Notes under the pieces: generated by a model
Told to the model about the DNA's origin: nothing
Databases searched by the model: none
The model's input: the letters and a program-made list of their open reading frames with translations, nothing else
In this document: one piece after another, positions 12,898 through 26,259 of the stretch
Layout: every line of letters starts with the position of its first letter
Position numbering within the stretch: the first letter of the stretch is position 1
Origin: Octopus sinensis
Lineage: Eukaryota
Assembly (NCBI RefSeq): GCF_006345805.1
Contig: NC_043000.1
Span: 159,774,001 to 159,838,000, forward strand
DNA: 64,000 nucleotides
Reading direction: 5' to 3'
Position numbers and translations under genes: made by a program

Positions 12898-13290
12898 GGC
12901 GCAGGAGTGGCTGTGTGGTAAGTAGCTTGCTAACCAACCACATGCGTGGCATCTTGGGCAAGTGTCTTCTGCTATAGCCCGGGCCGACCAATGCCTTGTG
13001 AGTGGATTTGGTAGACGCCGAACTGAAAGAAGCCTGTCTATATATGTATATATATATATAAGTGTGGTGTTGTGTGTCTGTGTTTGTGTGTCTGTGTTTG
13101 TCACCCTAGCATTGCTTGACAACCGATGCTGGTGTTTTACGTCACTTAGCGGTTCGGCAAAAGAGATCGATAGAATAAGTACTGGGCTTACAAAGAATAA
13201 GTCCCGGGGTCGATTTGCTCGACTAAAGGCGGTGCTCCAGCATGGCCGCAGTCAAATGACTGAGACAAGTAAAAAGAGTAAAGAAAAAGA
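12898..13290 (+). mobile_element. SINE family A
   Basis: Same sequence as 10236-10650 with a small internal deletion. Confidence 0.9.
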
Positions 13291-13412
13291 AAAAAAAAAG
13301 AGAATTATTATATATATATAACATATATATATACATACATAAGTATCATATATCATATATATGATAGCCTTCTTTCAATTCGCGTCTCCCAAATCAATCA
13401 TAAGCCTATATA

Positions 13413-13448
<36 letters not shown>

Positions 13449-13459
13449 CATTATATATA

Positions 13460-13650
13460 TATGGGGAGAGTTTACGGAAAAAACAAAAGACGAAGACGGA
13501 TGGTGTACAAAACAAACAGATGTTTTAGTATAACGCTCAGGAATAGAAAAAGTCTTTTACGTTTCGAGCCTACGCTCTTCTACAGAAAGGGACTCAGAAA
13601 ACAAGGAGAGACACTAGGAGAGAAAAAATGTGTGTATTGGCTAACGATCT
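13460..13650 (-). mobile_element. Short Penelope-like unit with hammerhead-like motif (family 1)
   Basis: Reverse complement of 13554-13589 is cttt CTGTAGA A GAGC GTAG GCTC GAA ACGT A aaag. (TA)n on both sides. Confidence 0.65.
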
Positions 13651-13709
13651 ATCATGGCGTCTATATATATATATATATACAAATATATATGAATGTATGT
13701 ATATATATA

Positions 13710-13860
13710 TACGACGAGCTTCTTACAGTTTCCGTCTACCAACTCCACTCACAAGACTTGGTCGGCCCGAGGCTATAGTAGAAGGTATTTGCCCAAGGTG
13801 CTATGTAGTTGAACTGAACGCAAGATCATATGGTTAGGGACCAAGATTCTTTTCTCGTAG
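13710..13860 (-). mobile_element. SINE family A, diverged 5' half
   Basis: cagtttccgtctaccaactccactcacaag...ttgcccaagg is the reverse complement of the SINE core. Confidence 0.8.
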
Positions 13861-14216
13861 TCTGCCTGCATCTACATGCATACATGTGTGCGTGTGTGTG
13901 TGTGCGTGCGTATGTGTGTGTGTGTGTATGTGTGCGTGCGTGAGTGTGTACGTGAATGCGTGCGAGTATGCGTATGGGGGTGTGTGCGAGTGTTTATGTT
14001 TTTGTGTTTGTTCACAACGCCGATTGACATCCGGTGATGCTTTTTTTACGTCTAAATAAACGCTGTTTGACAAAAGAAACAGATAAATATACGTACCAGG
14101 CTTAAAACTGTAAGGTTAGTACTTGTGTCGATTCTTGCTACTAAACTCTTGAAACTGGTATGTAGCATGGCCACAGACCGGTGGCTGTAACGTAAAAATA
14201 AGTGCATGTGTTTAAA

Positions 14217-14432
14217 TATGAGGGGCTGCAGAAAAATACCTGGTTTTGAGGGTGTCGCGAAAAGCCTTGTTGGAGACCCAACATTCTTTTACGGGTTTTC
14301 GAAAAACTGAAGGACCACTGTAATAGGTGTATGAATCTGGAGCGTGAATACGTTGAATAGAGTTATAATTAACTGACCCTCCAGTATTTTCTTTTACCCA
14401 GAGCCACGATCTTTTTAGTATCCCACCTCGCA
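14217..14432 (+). mobile_element. Mariner-derived MITE
   Basis: Ends tatgaggggctgcagaaaaatacctgg and ccacgatctttttagtatcccacctcgca are degenerate inverted repeats. The interior encodes a mariner-like C-terminus, FEKLKDHCNRCMNLEREYVE*. Confidence 0.75.
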
Positions 14433-14459
14433 CATGCGTACACGCATACGTACATATAT

Positions 14460-14536
<77 letters not shown>

Positions 14537-15141
14537 TACACACACACACACACATATATGGATGAATGAATGTATACGTATTGCTACGCGTGCGTGTATG
14601 TATTTCAAAAGTAAAAGGACTATGATTTTCCGCGTTATAAATCTACTCAGTATGTTATCCTTAGATTCGCAGATAGGTTTAAACAATTATATAAACGCAC
14701 GTGCGTGAAACTCACCCGCACACACTACGCTTTCACACCAATCCTTGTATGTATGTGTAAGAGTGTGAGTTCATGTATACGTGTGTGATTGTGAGTGTAT
14801 GAGTATGTGTGCATTAAAATCGCGCTACCACACACACACACACATAATACATACATACATACATACATGCATACATACATACATACATACAATTGCATTC
14901 AGTTACTGGTTACCGTCTTTGAAGCGCATTCAAGCTGGGACGCCGCTTGCAATATTTAAGTCGATCTTCTAGAGCCTGTAATTTACTTTTCATTCCGGTA
15001 ATTATTTTACTGAGAACAATTTGTCGAACCGCTACTTTATATGATACAAAAGTGAGGCGCACACGCACACAGATGCGCGTATGCATACACATATATATTA
15101 AGACACACGCATGCACGCACACACATGTATGTATGTATGTG

Positions 15142-15184
<43 letters not shown>

Positions 15185-15302
15185 TCTTCTCATTTCTGGT
15201 CATATTTATCATACTCTTTTTTCCCATCTAATCGCTATTCTTCCTCAGTTTCCTTTCGTTATATATATATATATATATATACGTGTGTGTGTGTATGAAT
15301 CC

Positions 15303-15364
<62 letters not shown>

Positions 15365-15580
15365 AATCATATATATATATATAATATATATTATTATATA
15401 TAATATGATTCACTACATATATATATATATATAATATATTATATATATATATATATATTATATATAATATATATATATATATAATATATATATATATAGA
15501 TATATATATATATTAGAATTCAATACACACACACCGTATATATATATATATACGAAAGGAAACTGGAGGAAGAATAGCGA

Positions 15581-17337
15581 TTAGAAGGGAAGAAAGAGTA
15601 TGATAAATATGACCAGAAATGAGAAGAATCAAGCGAGAAAGAGAAAGTGTGTGTATATATATGTGTGTGCGAGTGTATACATATATAAGTTCGTGTGTGA
15701 GTGCGTGCATATGTGTTTATATTCAATGTTTGTGTTGTGTAGTAGCGCATTCTTGTGTTGTGTAGTAGCGCATTCTTATGTTGCTATATCAAAATTATGA
15801 AGAAAGCTTACAGAGTTACGTTTGTAAATGTCTCCCTAGGAATTAGACAGTTCCAGATGGTATTCTCTTCATGAACTCAAATCTGCTGCAAGAATCATCC
15901 AAGACATCGAAATTTAATCTTTTACAATTAATCTATAGAACCGAGCGAAATGAAAAGCATGACGAAGAAATAGAAATACCGACTCACATATATGCACGTT
16001 CAGGCATAAACACACACAGACACACACACATATGTGCGTATGTGCACGCATGTGCGTATGTATTAATTAATACTATATATATTTATGCACATACATACAT
16101 ACATAAATATATATGTACATATATACATATATATATATGTATATATGTACATATATACATACATATATACATATATATATATATAAATATATGGTTGCAT
16201 AAATACATACACACATACATTCCTACATGCATATATATATACATATGTATATATATATATATGTATATATGTACACACACACACATATATATATATATAT
16301 TGTATATAATATATATATATATATAATATAATATATATATACACATATACATATATATATATCTATGTAATATGATAATACATACACATGCATGTAAACT
16401 ATATACACAACTATACATGCACCATATATATACATATATATATGCATATATGTAAATGAATATATAATATTGTATTTGTGTGTTTATATAAATATGCATG
16501 TATGAATGTATGTATGTATGTATGTATGAGTGTATGTGTGTATTTGTGTATGTATGTATGCATGCATACAAATGTAAATAGATGCATAGTTAAATAAATA
16601 GATAAATAATTATAAATATCAGTATATGTATATGTTTGTGTGTATATCTCCTTGTGTGTATTTAAGTATAAGTGTAATTCGTATTTGCTTGTGTAAGTGA
16701 CTGTGTATGTATGTATGTACGTATATTAAAATCACTATATGCTTGGGTGATTGTGTGTGGGGGTGTGTATACAAATGTGAGTCTATGGAGTCATTCTATC
16801 AAAGCCTTACTTCCCTTTCATTCCACTTAGTGTCAAATCCGTCTAAGATTTCCGTGAAAGTAAATGCCATCCTCCATAGTCTTTATTTTCGGAAGTTCTC
16901 TATAAAAGCGACACTTTCCTAATACGGTCTGGCAGATCAAATGCATTTGAAACATGGACGTTTACCTATATCTGTTTGTAATTAGACACGGCAGTCTCGT
17001 CTTTGCAAGTGCATGTATATGCATGTACACATTCACACTCGCTTACACACAAACGGACTTTCATACGCTTTCACACACATCCAAATATACATGCTAGTAA
17101 ACATGCTAACACAAGCACCGAATCAACGACACAGTTTCTACATGGTTTCTGGTCTCACCAAAATTATGAATAATTGTGAAATCGCTTCAAATCCCATCCA
17201 CTTATCACAAAACAAGAGAAAATGCAGTGGAGTATCTGGAAAATAAGACAAATTTGTCCCAATTGGAGAACCCTACTTTGTCTGCTTATTTAAGACCACA
17301 GCTAACGCACGCACCTAACTGTACACAAACGCCTACA

Positions 17338-17405
<68 letters not shown>

Positions 17406-17409
17406 CATC

Positions 17410-17469
<60 letters not shown>

Positions 17470-19443
17470 GTCTGTCTGTCTATCTATCTGTCTATCCATC
17501 TGTCTGTCTGTCCATTCATCCATCCATTCATCCATCTATCTATCTATCTATCTCACAATGGACGGACGCTAGTCATATCGGCTCCACGNNNNNNNNNNNN
17601 NNNNNNNNNNNNNNNNNNNNNNNNNNNNNNNNNNNNNNNNNNNNNNNNNNNNNNNNNNNNNNNNNNNNNNNNNNNNNNNNNNNNNNNNTTAGAAGGGAAG
17701 AAAGAGTATGATAAATATGACCAGAATGAGAAGAATCAAGCGAGAAAGAGAAAGTGTGTGTATATATATGTGTGTGCGAGTTATACATATATAAGTTCGT
17801 GTGTGAGTGCGTGCATATGTGTTTATATTCAATGTTTGTGTTGTGTAGTAGCGCATTCTTGTGTTGTGTAGTAGCGCATTCTTATGTTGCTATATCAAAA
17901 TTATGAAGAAAGCTTACAGAGTTACGTTTGTAAATGTCTCCCTAGGAATTAGACAGTTCCAGATGGTATTCTCTTCATGAACTCAAATCTGCTGCAAGAA
18001 TCATCCAAGACATCGAAATTTAATCTTTTACAATTAATCTATAGAACCGAGCGAAATGAAAAGCATGACGAAGAAATAGAAATACCGACTCACATATATG
18101 CACGTTCAGGCATAAACACACCCAGACACACACACATATGTGCGTATGTGCACGCATGTGCGTATGTATTAATTAATACTATATATATTTATGCACATAC
18201 ATACATACATAAATATATATGTACATATATACATATATATATATGTATATATGTACATATATACATACATATATACATATATATATATATAAATATATGG
18301 TTGCATAAATACATACACACATACATTCCTACATGCATATATATATACATATGTATATATATATATATGTATATATGTACACACACACACATATATATAT
18401 ATATATTGTATATAATATATATATATATATAATATAATATATATATACACATATACATATATATATATCTATGTAATATGATAATACATACACATGCATG
18501 TAAACTATATACACAACTATACATGCACCATATATATACATATATATATGCATATATGTAAATGAATATATAATATTGTATTTGTGTGTTTATATAAATA
18601 TGCATGTATGAATGTATGTATGTATGTATGTATGAGTGTATGTGTGTATTTGTGTATGTATGTATGCATGCATACAAATGTAAATAGATGCATAGTTAAA
18701 TAAATAGATAAATAATTATAAATATCAGTATATGTATATGTTTGTGTGTATATCTCCTTGTGTGTATTTAAGTATAAGTGTAATTCGTATTTGCTTGTGT
18801 AAGTGACTGTGTATGTATGTATGTACGTATATTAAAATCACTATATGCTTGGGTGATTGTGTGTGGGGGTGTGTATACAAATGTGAGTCTATGGAGTCAT
18901 TCTATCAAAGCCTTACTTCCCTTTCATTCCACTTAGTGTCAAATCCGTCTAAGATTTCCGTGAAAGTAAATGCCATCCTCCATAGTCTTTATTTTCGGAA
19001 GTTCTCTATAAAAGCGACACTTTCCTAATACGGTCTGGCAGATCAAATGCATTTGAAACATGGACGTTTACCTATATCTGTTTGTAATTAGACACGGCAG
19101 TCTCGTCTTTGCAAGTGCATGTATATGCATGTACACATTCACACTCGCTTACACACAAACGGACTTTCATACGCTTTCACACACATCCAAATATACATGC
19201 TAGTAAACATGCTAACACAAGCACCGAATCAACGACACAGTTTCTACATGGTTTCTGGTCTCACCAAAATTATGAATAATTGTGAAATCGCTTCAAATCC
19301 CATCCACTTATCACAAAACAAGAGAAAATGCAGTGGAGTATCTGGAAAATAAGACAAATTTGTCCCAATTGGAGAACCCTACTTTGTCTGCTTATTTAAG
19401 ACCACAGCTAACGCACGCACCTAACTGTACACAAACGCCTACA

Positions 19444-19511
<68 letters not shown>

Positions 19512-19515
19512 CATC

Positions 19516-19575
<60 letters not shown>

Positions 19576-19694
19576 GTCTGTCTGTCTATCTATCTGTCTA
19601 TCCATCTGTCTGTCTGTCCATTCATCCATCCATTCATCCATCTATCTATCTATCTATCTCACAATGGACGGACGCTAGTCATATCGGCTCCACG
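15581..19694. repeat. Near-identical ~2.0 kb direct duplication (15581-17588 and 17689-19694) split by a 100-N gap; probable assembly overlap
   Basis: Both copies start ttagaagggaag and end gctccacg, exactly at the gap edges. ORF track entries are duplicated with a ~2106 offset. Confidence 0.9.
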
Positions 19695-19877
19695 TAAGTT
19701 GGCCACTTTTACATGTTTAAAACTCCTTGTTGTCAAATATTTTGTTTTAATCGTTGTGCAAGTTCATTCACTAAAAAACCTGAGAATTATTCACGTAGAA
19801 TTCCGCCCCTGTATGGGCGAAATTACAAAAAAACTTTCAAAACTTTCGTGGGTTTTTTAGCCATTTTCATTTTGAAA

Positions 19878-21866
19878 ATGGCAACTAGAAACCACGTGGC
19901 TAGCCCGCCAGTCATGCAGAACGGTAGCAAAACACTATTGCTACCACTAGCTGCTAAACATCGCAGCGTGAACACCGCTGTCACCACCATCACCACCACC
20001 AACAACAACAACAACAAATCTAACGTCGCATTCACCATCGCCGCGACCAAAGACATTAACTTAGATTTCCCCTCACTCCCCACACCAGTGTTGATGATAA
20101 AGGGACAGAGAAAGGGATTTCAAAAATGAATACAAACGAAAACATGAATGCCAGCACCACCACACACCCCACCATCACCACCAACAACAAAACAACGAAA
20201 TTGGCACAAAGTCGCCTACCAAAGACAACACGCCAACACCAACACCACTACTACGACGTCAAATGCTACATCAAGCCTTCTGCTGCTAATACCGCCAACA
20301 CCAACACCACTACCATGACTTCATTAACACTGCCACAATTAACACTTCTACTGCCAAATTCAAAACGAATTTGCGGACGTAACAAAACAAAAAAGAACAA
20401 TTGTAACATTCACCACACAAGAGATAAACCGCACAAAGGCACTCTTCTCCAAAGAAGGAGACAAATTGCACCTTCATATTCCACACACATCGTGGAAACA
20501 CACAAAAAAAAAACAATAATTTATAAAGTAATAAACAAAAAAACAAGAAGAACAGAAAATGCACCGCAGGAAAAAATCGATAAATGCCTTCGTCCTGCAT
20601 GGGACTCCAAGGAATATATCAGTTGGGGAAACAAATTTGGTACAGTCCAAGTACGTTCCTCAACGAAAGTTTAGCAAAACGTTTTTCCACATTGGAGCTG
20701 CATTCGGACGACTTGGTAATGATACCAGTCTATTAAACAAAAGGGTCACGAAAGTCCAAATAAAAAACATACCATTTGATGTCGAAACACAATGGGTTGG
20801 TCTCTGCCATCTGCTTTGAAATGTCAGAGACAATGTCAGAGACAAACATCCTGGAAATCGCGGTTCTAGGAGAGAAAGACTATGTGGGCAAATCAATCGA
20901 ATTCCTGCTTCAATTGGATGAAGCAGCAAAGAGAGAAGATACCCACCGCTATAGAACTGCCAGGAGGCTACAAACTCTATAGTGGTAGAGGGCAGGCGAC
21001 CACGCTGCTATTTGTGTGGAAGCGAAAACACACTGAAAAAGACGTGCCCAACCACTGCACACCAAGAGCAACAACAACAACCACTACCACAACCAAAGCA
21101 CTCCGGAAAAAAAGCTCTACTACCCACACCACCATCAACACAGAAGACGACAAGAGAAGCACACCAAGCTAATCGTCATCAACCAAAAACCACTCGACAC
21201 CTGAAAAATACCAACACCACCATAACAGCAAAACCCAAGGAACAGAAAAACAAAGAAAACACACACAACTGATCCCCCATCCCTTATACCGCATCAACAC
21301 ACACAAACACTCAAACAACCAACAACAACACAAACACTTACACAGACATACATAGAAAGCCCACAACATACCCTACCCCTTCTGATTCCTCAGAAATTTC
21401 GTCGGAAGACGAAACCAGTGAGGAATGGCAAATAGCTACAAAAGAAGGAAAATAAAGAGCAGAAACACAACCAAACCAAATGCAAACACGAACAAAGCAG
21501 GGGAAATACATCTCCCGAAGACATTTCAAAACCCAACGCAAACAACAGCCACACCAAAACACACAAAAAACATATACAGCAAACATGCTCACAGCCATAG
21601 ACACCAAAAACACAAATTTGATGGAATACATCCAATCAAAAACAAACATAACAGAAGATGACATAAAACAAACAATCACCCATACACAACACCACCAGAC
21701 CACATCAAAATATTACACATCTCCAAAAGTCTGCACCACACACTCAAAGGCATTTTCCCCAGTGCGGTTGGTAAATGCCAAAAATATCTCACAAAAGAAA
21801 CTGTACTGGGATCTTCTCGAGGACAAACCAACGGAGGAGAAAGCAAAACTTTCGAGCAGTAAGTAA
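19878..21866 (+). pseudogene. LINE ORF1 (gag-like), frameshifted
   Basis: ATG at 19878 (MATRNHV). T/N/Q/H-rich low-complexity segments, RVTKVQIKNIPFDV, and a zinc-knuckle-like GRRPRCYLCGSENTLKKTCP (C-X2-C-X4-T-X4-C) at ~20990-21050. Stop at 21866. Confidence 0.75.
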
Positions 21867-21893
21867 CCCTCTGTATTCTAATTCATTAGAACT

Positions 21894-24800
21894 ATGATCA
21901 AGATTGGTTGTGTAAATGCGCGTGGCTTGGGGTCCCCTTGGAAACAAGGGTACCTCTTAAATGACATAAAGTCACATAAGTTAGAAATCATAGCCATAAG
22001 CGAGACCAGACTCCACAATCCGCGGGCCCTAAAGACCATGTTTGGCGGACAGTTCAACATTTATTTTTCCCCCTGTCTGCCGAGAATGGGCGGTAGTGGC
22101 ACCGCGGTACTTTTTCACAAGAGTCTGGATCTCAATGTAAGGACAATATTCGTAGACCCGGAGGGTAGACTGGTCGTCCTGGATGTCGACGGCAGCAATG
22201 GGTGCGCTTTTCGACTCGTATCAGTTTACGCACCGCCTTAACAGGTCGGGCGGATTTCTTTCAACGTCTAGAAGTTTTCTTGGGAACGTCTCGTCCTTTA
22301 CTCTTAGTGGGGGATTGGAATGCTACCTTGGACACGCATGTAGACTACGTGGGTAGAGATAGGAATAGACGGGGTGGATGCAAATGCCTCAGAGACCTGC
22401 TCAGACGCTTTCAACTGTCTGACAGGTTCGACTAGACCACCCGAATGCGCCAACGTGGACATGGAGCAACCGCATCGGGTCGTCGAGATCGTATCTAGAT
22501 AGGATACTGTGTAGGACAGTAGATAGAGATAGCATAGGATGTCCACAATTCCACATAGTCAGCTACACGGATCACAAACTTGTGACATGTACGCTAGACT
22601 TAGGTAAGACACTTAGGCAGGGTCCCGGATACTGGAAACTAAACGCGTCTTTCCCATCGAGACAAGTTTTCAGAGAGAGAGACCGGATTAGCACACTAGT
22701 AAAGAGGGCTTTGACGGGAGCCATCATCAACAACAAATGGTGGTTTGCCCTCAAGAGCAGCAGTAAAAGCAGAAGCGATTAGGTACAGCAAAGCACTAGC
22801 CATAGATAGAAATAGAGTAGAGGGTGAGCTAGTTAAGAAGCTAGAAGAGGCAATTAGAAGCGGCATCGCATCCGACGTTTTGGCGGCAGGTTGGCCCTCG
22901 ACCAACACTTCAACGCCAAACACGAAGGATGTGCTGTCAGAGCTAGGATGCGTGCTCTAAGGAACGAAGGTGTTGGAGCCGCGAGAGAGGCCCGGGTGGC
23001 AGAGGCGCAACAGGGCAACAAAGCCACCATTCGGTCACTGGTAGATGAACAGGGGCGCGAATTGCTCGAGCCAAGTAAAATGTGTGAGGCCTTTCAGCAG
23101 CATTTTGCCCGACTGTTCGGAACGAGTGGAGGGCAAGAACGTAGGGTGGACTTCAGTGCCTACCTACATAGCCTACCACGACTCTCGAGAAAGAAAGGCA
23201 GGGTGCTGCGAAGGTGCCATCACGGCGGCGGAAGTGGGGGAAGCGATGGCAGAATGCTCGAGGGACAAATCACCGGGTTTGGATGGTCTACCCTACGAGC
23301 TTTACAATTGTATGCCAGACTTGTTTGGAGATCTCTTGGCGGCGGTGTACTGCAACTGGCAGCAAAACGGGAGCATTCCTGGTTTTGTGAGCCGAGGAGC
23401 CGTAACACTGCTGAAGAAAGATCTAAACAAGGGAAATGTAATAGATAACTTTAGGCCCATCACTCTGCTTAATGCAGACTTGAAAATTTTGGCCAAGGTG
23501 CTAGCCAAGAGGTTGGCGCTTGTCATCGAGAAACTGGTCGACAAGGCGCAAACATGCGCCGTGCCAGGCCGGACCATCCATGACAACCTCCATCTGATGC
23601 GCTACATCATAGACAGGGTAGTTAACGAACCTGGCATGGGTGGGGCCCTGATCAACTTGGATCAATCGAAAGCCTTTGATAGGGTGACCATCGATACTTG
23701 AGGCAGTCCTGAGAGCGGCTGGTTTCGGTCCCGTCTTCGCGGCTGGATAGCTGCCTTGTACAGAGGCATCCGTTCGGTAATTCGCGTAAATGGACATCTA
23801 TCGAGACCTTTCGACATTGCACGTTCGGTCCGTCAGGGATGCCCCCTCTCGGCGCTTCTATACGTATTGACTCTTGAGCCACTACTGCGGAAGCTGGCGA
23901 CTCTAAGGGGCATCCCGCGAGAATTGGGATGCGGGACGAGCGTGTCTGCATACGCGGACGACGTCACCGTCATAGTGTCTAGCCACGAGCACATCGAGCT
24001 GGTCGGCGAGACACTGAAAAACTACGAAGCGGTGACAGGAGCGAAAATCAACCGGGAAAAAGTCAGTGGCTTGCGACTAGGCACCTGGAGAAGCAAGCCC
24101 ATGCCGTCCACCAGCGCCTCCGTCGTGGGACGCTGGACCGACGGCCCGGTTGAGTTGCTCGGGGTCTGGTTGGTCCGGACCTCAAGTGGAGAAGAACTGG
24201 AACGAGATAACGAGTAGGGTGGTCACTCTCGCCCGGCAATGGGCCGAGAGGAAAACTGTCCCTAAAAGGTCGAGCGGAGGTGCGAACACGTACATCGCGT
24301 CCGTCATCTACTACCGCCAGCTGACCGTCGTACTTGTCCCGACCCTTACCATCACCAAAACTACAACGCATCCTCTTTCGCTTCTTGTGGAAAGGATGCG
24401 TCCCGATGGTCAGGCGATCCATTGCTGTCAACACCGTTAAAAGGAGGGCTGGGGGCATGCCGTGGTTGATGATGCGCAGACACGCGCTGAGACTGCGACA
24501 TCTCTGGCTCTATGTAGACGACGGTGAACAGGTGTGGTCGCCGTTTGTGAGGCACGCTTTCCCGCAGCTCGTCTCCATGACCGAACTGCAGTCGTGGATC
24601 AAAAGAGGCCGAGGAAGGGCGAATGGCACCGCGAGTGTCGCGTTGCTCTCAAGCAACTCTGCCGTCCTGGGTCGACCTTAAGTGACTTCAACACAACCAA
24701 AGCATTCTATAGGGGTTTAGTGGAGGGGAGGTACGACGACGAGCTCGGGGCGAACCTGGACGTCGACGAGGAGTACCTGACCCGCCTGTTTGGGACGACT

Positions 24801-25334
24801 TTCGGGCCAGGGCCATGGACAACTTCCAGAGATCCCTGGCCTGGCAGTGCTACCGAGAAGCGCTACCCGTTCGGGATAAGCTCTACAGACACGGCTCGAG
24901 AAACACGGGCCGACCTGCCGAGATGCGGTCAGAGCGACGAAACCGTTCTGCACGCACTCGTTCAGTGTCCAACAATTTCCGACCTGTGGGCTTATGTCGA
25001 ACAACTGCTGTCACGTGTGGGACGAGTCGGTTTATCAGCTGAGTCTATCGTCAATATTGTCACGCCTCCTTCCTTCAAACGGGAAGGAAGAGCTATTTTC
25101 ATCATCCTTGTGGCTATGGCGAAAGAATGTATCTGGTGGACGCGTCTGAAAGGATTGGAACACAAACACTTTCCTCTCTGGTCAATCTCTCATCAACTTC
25201 TTCAAGTACCACTTGAAAAGGAAAGTGAGAGTAGAGAGGCAAGTTTGTCTAGCGAATGTTTTAAAAAAAGATGGGTGAATGTAGCAAGAATGGCACGTAT
25301 GAATGACGAAGCCACCTTGAGCATAGTCCTATGA
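21894..25334 (+). pseudogene. LINE ORF2: APE endonuclease + reverse transcriptase + C-terminal Cys/His motif, with multiple frameshifts
   Basis: IGCVNARGL..IAISETRL, VGDWN, SYLDRIL, DHK (APE). SPGLDGLPYE, RPITLLNADLKILAK, VRQGCPLS, YADDVT (RT). RCGQSDETVLHALVQCP near the C-terminus. Confidence 0.93.
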
Positions 25335-25810
25335 ACCCGAAATCGAAAACAGAGAGTTGCTTATTTGCAAAAAAAAAAGAAATATAAAATGTGACTTCAT
25401 TGACGAGGTTACCGTGGTCTTTTCCGTAGGCTTTTCTTTCCACGGGTAAACCTCACCTGTCCTCCCCTTTACACTTCATATTGACATTTCTGTGATAACG
25501 ATCCCTATTGATCAATTTTTTTTTCTCTCCCCCCTTTTTTTTTTTTTTTAAACCCCCTTTCTTTTGTCCTCTTTCTCTCCTTTTACGATCCTTTTGATCG
25601 AAACTCCCTTCCTTCTTTTTTTTTTTTTTATTTTTTTTTTTTTTTTAAACCTTCAAAAGAAAAGCTCTACCTTGTAATTTGTTCTATCTGTGTGCAGCCC
25701 TGTGTGGCTAATAAAGAAATCTATCTATCTATCTATCTATCTATCTGTCTGTCTGTCTGTCTATCTGTCTATCCATCTGTCTGTCTGTCCATTCATCCAT
25801 CCATTCATCC

Positions 25811-25852
<42 letters not shown>

Positions 25853-25981
25853 TATCTATCATCTATCTATCTATATATACTATCTATCTATTTGTCTGTC
25901 TGTCTGTCTATATGTCTATCCATCTGTTGTCTGTCCATTCATCCATCCATTCATCCATCTATTATATCTATCTATCTATTT

Positions 25982-26077
25982 TTTTTTTTTTTTTTTTTTT
26001 TTTAATACCTTCAAAAGAAAAGCTCTACCTTGTAATTTGTTCTATCTGGGGCAGCCTGTGTGGCTAATAAGAAAACA

Positions 26078-26078
<1 letters not shown>
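25982..26078 (+). mobile_element. Tx1 family, 3'-terminal fragment (~95 bp)
   Basis: Poly-T + taataccttcaaaagaaaagctctacc...ggctaataagaaaaca, between TATC tracts. Confidence 0.9.
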
Positions 26079-26118
<40 letters not shown>

Positions 26119-26202
26119 GTCTGTCTGTCTGTCTATCTGTCTATCCATCTGTCTGTCTGTCTATCCATCTGTCTGTCTGTCCATTCATCCATCCATTCAT
26201 CC

Positions 26203-26258
<56 letters not shown>

Positions 26259-26259
<1 letters not shown>

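Larger units (their letters stand above)
19660..25719 (+). mobile_element. Full-length Tx1/L1-clade LINE (ORF1 + APE-RT ORF2) inserted in (TATC)n
   Basis: Begins right after (TATC)n (cacaatggacgg). Two ORFs and a T-rich 3'UTR ending ctaataaagaaa, directly followed by (TATC)n. Confidence 0.93.

Noticed and set aside
17689-19694. Biological tandem duplication
   Set aside because: Boundaries coincide exactly with the N gap, so a contig overlap is the simpler explanation.
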